Positions 61,301-64,000 of a stretch of 64,000 nt of DNA are shown one piece after another. The position numbers and the translations under genes are program-made. How positions within the stretch are numbered: the first letter of the stretch is position 1; each line of letters begins with the position of its first letter. Below the pieces are notes generated by a model that did no database searches, had not been told where the DNA came from, and saw nothing but the letters and a program-made list of their open reading frames with translations. This DNA is from Gemmatimonadales bacterium. GTDB taxonomy: Bacteria > Gemmatimonadota > Gemmatimonadetes > Gemmatimonadales > GWC2-71-9. Location of the stretch: assembly GCA_041577295.1 (NCBI GenBank), contig JBFGJG010000012.1:23153-87152 (forward strand), written 5' to 3'.

Positions 61301-61833
61301 TTGAGCGGATGCGAGCCTACCGCCGATACGCCGGTGGGCGCGTCACACTCGCAAGCCGGGCCAACGCCAGGATCAGAAAGTCAGAAGCCACCCGGAATTG
61401 GCTAGGACCGGTTGCGGGCCGGCTAGTGCCGGACGACCTCGCCGCGCTACGCCGTGGCGTCAGTAGCCTCGCCCAAATCTACTTCGCGGCCGGGGCGGAA
61501 GCGGTCTATCTATCCGGTCTCGGCGACCATGAAATGCTGGGGCGGGATGTACTGTCGCGTGGTCGGGTCAATCCCGGTAAGATTGCCCGTTTTGTCGAAC
61601 GGCACGTGCGAAGACCGGGAGACGTTCTGCTCTCTTCGACCCAGCCTCAGGGCGGCAACCCCATTAGCGATGATCCGTCGAAAGGGGTGGTCGATAGCCA
61701 GTTCCGAGTGCACCGATTCGACAACCTGTTTGTGTGTGATGCGAGTGTCTTCCCCACCTCTGTCCGAATCCCACCATTAATGACCGTGATGGCCCTCGGC
61801 GACTACGCTTGGCAGACCTCGATCAGCCAGTAA
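58384..61833 (+). CDS. Fusion: calcineurin-like metallophosphoesterase (with 2 TM insert), gluconate-2-DH-subunit-3-like domain and GMC flavoprotein oxidoreductase
   Basis: SDLHLG, NGDTFD, GCHD, EHGH, GHTH, NSGSW, then GSGAAG, LGGSS, CIGCGYCAFGC, CDASVFPT in one uninterrupted 1149-aa ORF. Confidence 0.85.
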   Translation: MTGLRAPSVQPFESAPGALPRPHGRLPVTPTTLLVVSDLHLGEGRDHHTGRYRRSEHFFGDGAFARFLRYHDPARTGPAGLILNGDTFDFGTITSCPDDEHEIREWGCYLSDLGVKKTRGELAGAIHRDERRFGLRTNDYKAVWKVRQISRGHHEFFDALGWWVERGGLVIFVKGCHDLELHWPLVQRAVRREIGRSHPEADVERLVTFEETTLQILNVSVEHGHRLEGASRVEGSATAEGDRELKLPLSALIHRRLVNTLAELEPFGASGEPLHQLLWTVARRHPLRTVSLLRHTLPTLAQAFRERLRGTGDLALFVMGISLPWLALSVILVVLGWFLLQGQLAAAPLDVLLVAAALGIGGPYLVGFCRSRWPQPTATIGENRLAQRTYGALHRADYPPGVGRVYGVLGHTHQPDVQRLPPFGTTEVIYVNSGSWTPRWRPNRTDISGRVRYTFLRFNRSAENEYALNYLEWDDERNEPVATTILEPRTALARKQFLSERERKTVEAFTELFIEGQHAVSSPSEIAAIVDKALKRFQTRRTRRLRLTLFVVEYLLPQPSLNGFSNLGLGRRRRVTERVLGRGRTTFWTRELARLRDLFLSTYYSDSRVQQSIGYVPVSRRGRDDRISGRPTGRRLKLADPPGIHMSCDICVIGSGAAGAVVAGRAAASGRDVVLLEDGLYVHSSEITHDEMAMRAALYKDGAVQRTVDIGNAILQGCTLGGSSTVSNAICFRLLDDPDLRRPAGPHTLDTWQGLGAQIDRTILGAAFDRIETRFGVERIPEELAGENARLLLDGWQRLLDLGLGDRTYTANRFRKAYRECIGCGYCAFGCGHERKLSALETFVTEGIAHGARVISHCRAMAIDTSGRNATSVVCLLGDGRRLRVRAQKIVVACGAIASSVLLRNSGIRSNVGSRVSVNPSVSVFARFPRTVDAFDGVALGAFVDTGENLLQSAFAPPATLAAEMPGWFGTHFERMRAYRRYAGGRVTLASRANARIRKSEATRNWLGPVAGRLVPDDLAALRRGVSSLAQIYFAAGAEAVYLSGLGDHEMLGRDVLSRGRVNPGKIARFVERHVRRPGDVLLSSTQPQGGNPISDDPSKGVVDSQFRVHRFDNLFVCDASVFPTSVRIPPLMTVMALGDYAWQTSISQ

Positions 61834-61837
61834 TCAC

Positions 61838-63624
61838 CTAGCTCTCTCGCAACAGCGCGCGATCGTAGGAGGCCAGGATTTGTTGGCGGCCAATGAGGCC
61901 AAGGAACTTTTGGCCTTGCTCGGAGTCCACGACTGGGATGTAGTGGCTCCCACGCACCTCTAGTTGCCGCAAGGCTGTGCTCAGCGGGTCCGCTGGCGTA
62001 ACCCACTCGAATTGGGAACGAGCCACGTCGCTCGCCAACACTACCTCGGCATACTGTTCTGCGTTGATCAGGATGGTCCTGAGGTCGTCGTACGAGAGCA
62101 TCCCTACGAGACGACCATCAGCGTCGGTGACCGGAAATTCAGTTTGCGGGCTCACGGCAATCGTGTCGATGATCGTCCGCACTGAGGCCTCTTCCGAAAT
62201 TACATGCGGTGCCCGATTAAACGACTCCGCGACGGTCAAACGGTCGAGGACGGCGGTATCGCGACCTGATTCGATGATCTCACCACGACGTACCAACCAC
62301 TCGGAGTACACCGAGTTTGGGTACACACGTCGAGCCGTCAGGTACGCGAGCGCGCCACACAGCATCAGTGGCAAAATGAGTGCATAGTCACTCGTCATCT
62401 CGAAGACGATCATGATTGCGGTGAGCGGTGCGTGGGTCGCGCCGGCCACGAGGCCGGCCATTGCCACCAGCGCGAAGGCCTCCGGCACGATCGCCAGATT
62501 GGGGAGCGCTACCGCAGTAACGGTTGCGAGCCCACCGCCTAGGGTGGCGCCGATAAACAGCGCCGGGGTGAACACACCGCCGCACCGAACGACAGCGATC
62601 GTCAGGGCGGTGGCGACGAGCTTGGCGAGCGCGAGCGCGATCAGGAATACGGCGGATCGCTCACCAATCAAATCGATCGAGAGGCTCTCGTGACCACGTC
62701 CCCAGAGATCGGCACGAAATACAATGTTGAGTGCGCCTATCAGAATGCCTGCAACCGCGAGTTGGGCCACGAGGGAAGGGATGCGCCGCAGCACGTCTTG
62801 CGCTCGATACACACTCCAGGTGTACACCACGGCGACGAGCCCGGTGGCGATGCCAAGGAGCGCGTACAGCACGAACTCGCTGGGCGATCCGACGCCGTAC
62901 TCCGTGGGAATCTGAATGACGGGCGTGTCGCCGAATGCAGCGCGGGAGATCACCGCCGAGATAACGCTCGCCACCAGAATTGGAGGGAAGGCAGCTACTC
63001 CAAACGTGCCGATGACTTTCTCCAACGAAAAAAAACGCCGGCAATCGGTGCATTGAAGGCTGCTGAGATCCCCGCGGCCGCGCCACAGGCGACGAGGACG
63101 CGCAGGCGACCGGCTCCGGATCGAAAGAACCGCCCAATACGCGATCCGAGCGCAGCACCAGCGACGGCCACCGGGCCCTCCGCTCCCACGGACCCACCCG
63201 TCCCGATTGCCAGGGCGGCCCCCGCGGTCTTCACCCCCACCCGCCACGCATTGATGAACCCACCCCGTTTCGCGACCGCCCGCATGACGTCCGCGACGTT
63301 CTCGCCTTCGGAGTCTCCAGCGGCCCAGCGAATCAGGTAGCGGGTCAGGAACAGCCCGCCAATGACGACCAGCACGATCGAAACACTCTCCGGTCCGGTG
63401 AGCCGTCCGACGGCCCGCAGGGCGACCGCTTGGGCGAGGTCGATCAACTTGTAGAAGAGAATGACCGCGACTCCCACCGCTCCGCCGAGTGCCACGGCGA
63501 ATCCGATGAGCAGGGTGGTTTCGTCCACCCCGTGCCGGTTCAGATACGCAACCAGCGCATCGGCTCGACGGCTCACGCGCACGGTGACCGCGCGCTGCCA
63601 GGCAGTGAAGCGGGGAATGGCCAT
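61838..63624 (-). pseudogene. ClC-family chloride channel/transporter with CBS pair, frameshifted at an A8 run (63028-63035)
   Basis: The N-terminal frame (GSVGAEGP, FNAPIAGVFF) and the C-terminal frame (FSLEKV, GGVFTP, APLTA, CBS domains) join if one T is added to the minus-strand T8. It may be a sequencing error rather than a true pseudogene. Confidence 0.85.
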
Positions 63625-63821
63625 GACCGCACAAATTACCGCCAAACCCCTCATCGCGCGGCAGGTAGGAAGGAGACCCGGGAAGGTGTGGCCTTGCCTC
63701 GAGGAGGGGACCTTCCCGGGTTGTGGAGACCTATTCTTACGGTCACGGCAGCCGCGCGCGCGTTGGCAGCGCACGCAACGCCAAATCCTGGTGCTACTTT
63801 GCTACGGGGCGCGTTGGCGGG

Positions 63822-63998
63822 CTAGCTGTGGTAGCTCTCTTCTAACGCGTCGCGGAGCATCTCGAGGCTCCGGAGCGCGCAGTCCTGCACATGATGGAAC
63901 TGGCCATTGGCGTCCGTGACGCACGCCTTGATCAGCTCCATCGCCAGGATCGGATGTTCATCATCGTACCGTGCGTGCTCTTCGAGCCACTGGCGTCC
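63822..63998 (-). CDS. C-terminus of heme-oxygenase-like diiron (TenA/PqqC/CADD/UndA-like) protein, truncated by window edge
   Basis: Hand translation gives GRQWLEEHARYDDEHPILAMELIKACV...YHS*, containing the HxxxDxxH metal motif. Not in the ORF track. Confidence 0.75.
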   Translation of the reverse strand, partial: GRQWLEEHARYDDEHPILAMELIKACVTDANGQFHHVQDCALRSLEMLRDALEESYHS

Positions 63999-64000
63999 GC

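Noticed and set aside
63655..63758. SRP RNA, 6S RNA or fluoride riboswitch identity for the rod-like element
   Set aside because: It lacks the SRP CAGG-GNRA-AGCA core, is too short for 6S, and lacks the fluoride riboswitch consensus.

Overview
GC-rich bacterial chromosome window. The gene content and style suggest Gemmatimonadota, but this is inferred and not tested. 1-15.7 kb holds five ADOP/MacB-type duplicated ABC permeases around a sigma-54-driven tolC / NtrC-type regulator / histidine kinase unit. 15.6-22.3 kb holds an FkbM methyltransferase, a class-3 (Rhizobium-type) asparaginase, obgE, dprA, and a radical SAM + GT21-like glycosyltransferase pair. 22.3-56.3 kb is a long co-directional housekeeping tract: hemW-hrcA-dnaJ-hit, rpsU-mutS2-dnaG-zinc ribbon-recJ-rsmD-coaD-pta-RsbV/W/U-like-rsmA, rex-arcA-DnaQ-like-MBL, infC-rpmI-rplT-pheST-zapB-like-zapA-rny-folD-xseAB-ispA-dxs-nadK-recN. 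56.4-64 kb holds a hypothetical outer-membrane protein, a 1149-aa metallophosphoesterase/TM/GMC-oxidoreductase fusion with altered catalytic residues in both halves, a ClC-CBS gene with a homopolymer frameshift and atypical filter motifs, and the C-terminus of an UndA-like diiron enzyme. The clearest cis-elements are a perfect Rex operator, a sigma-54 promoter and an L20-leader-like attenuator. No rRNA, tRNA, CRISPR array, transposase or integrase was seen.
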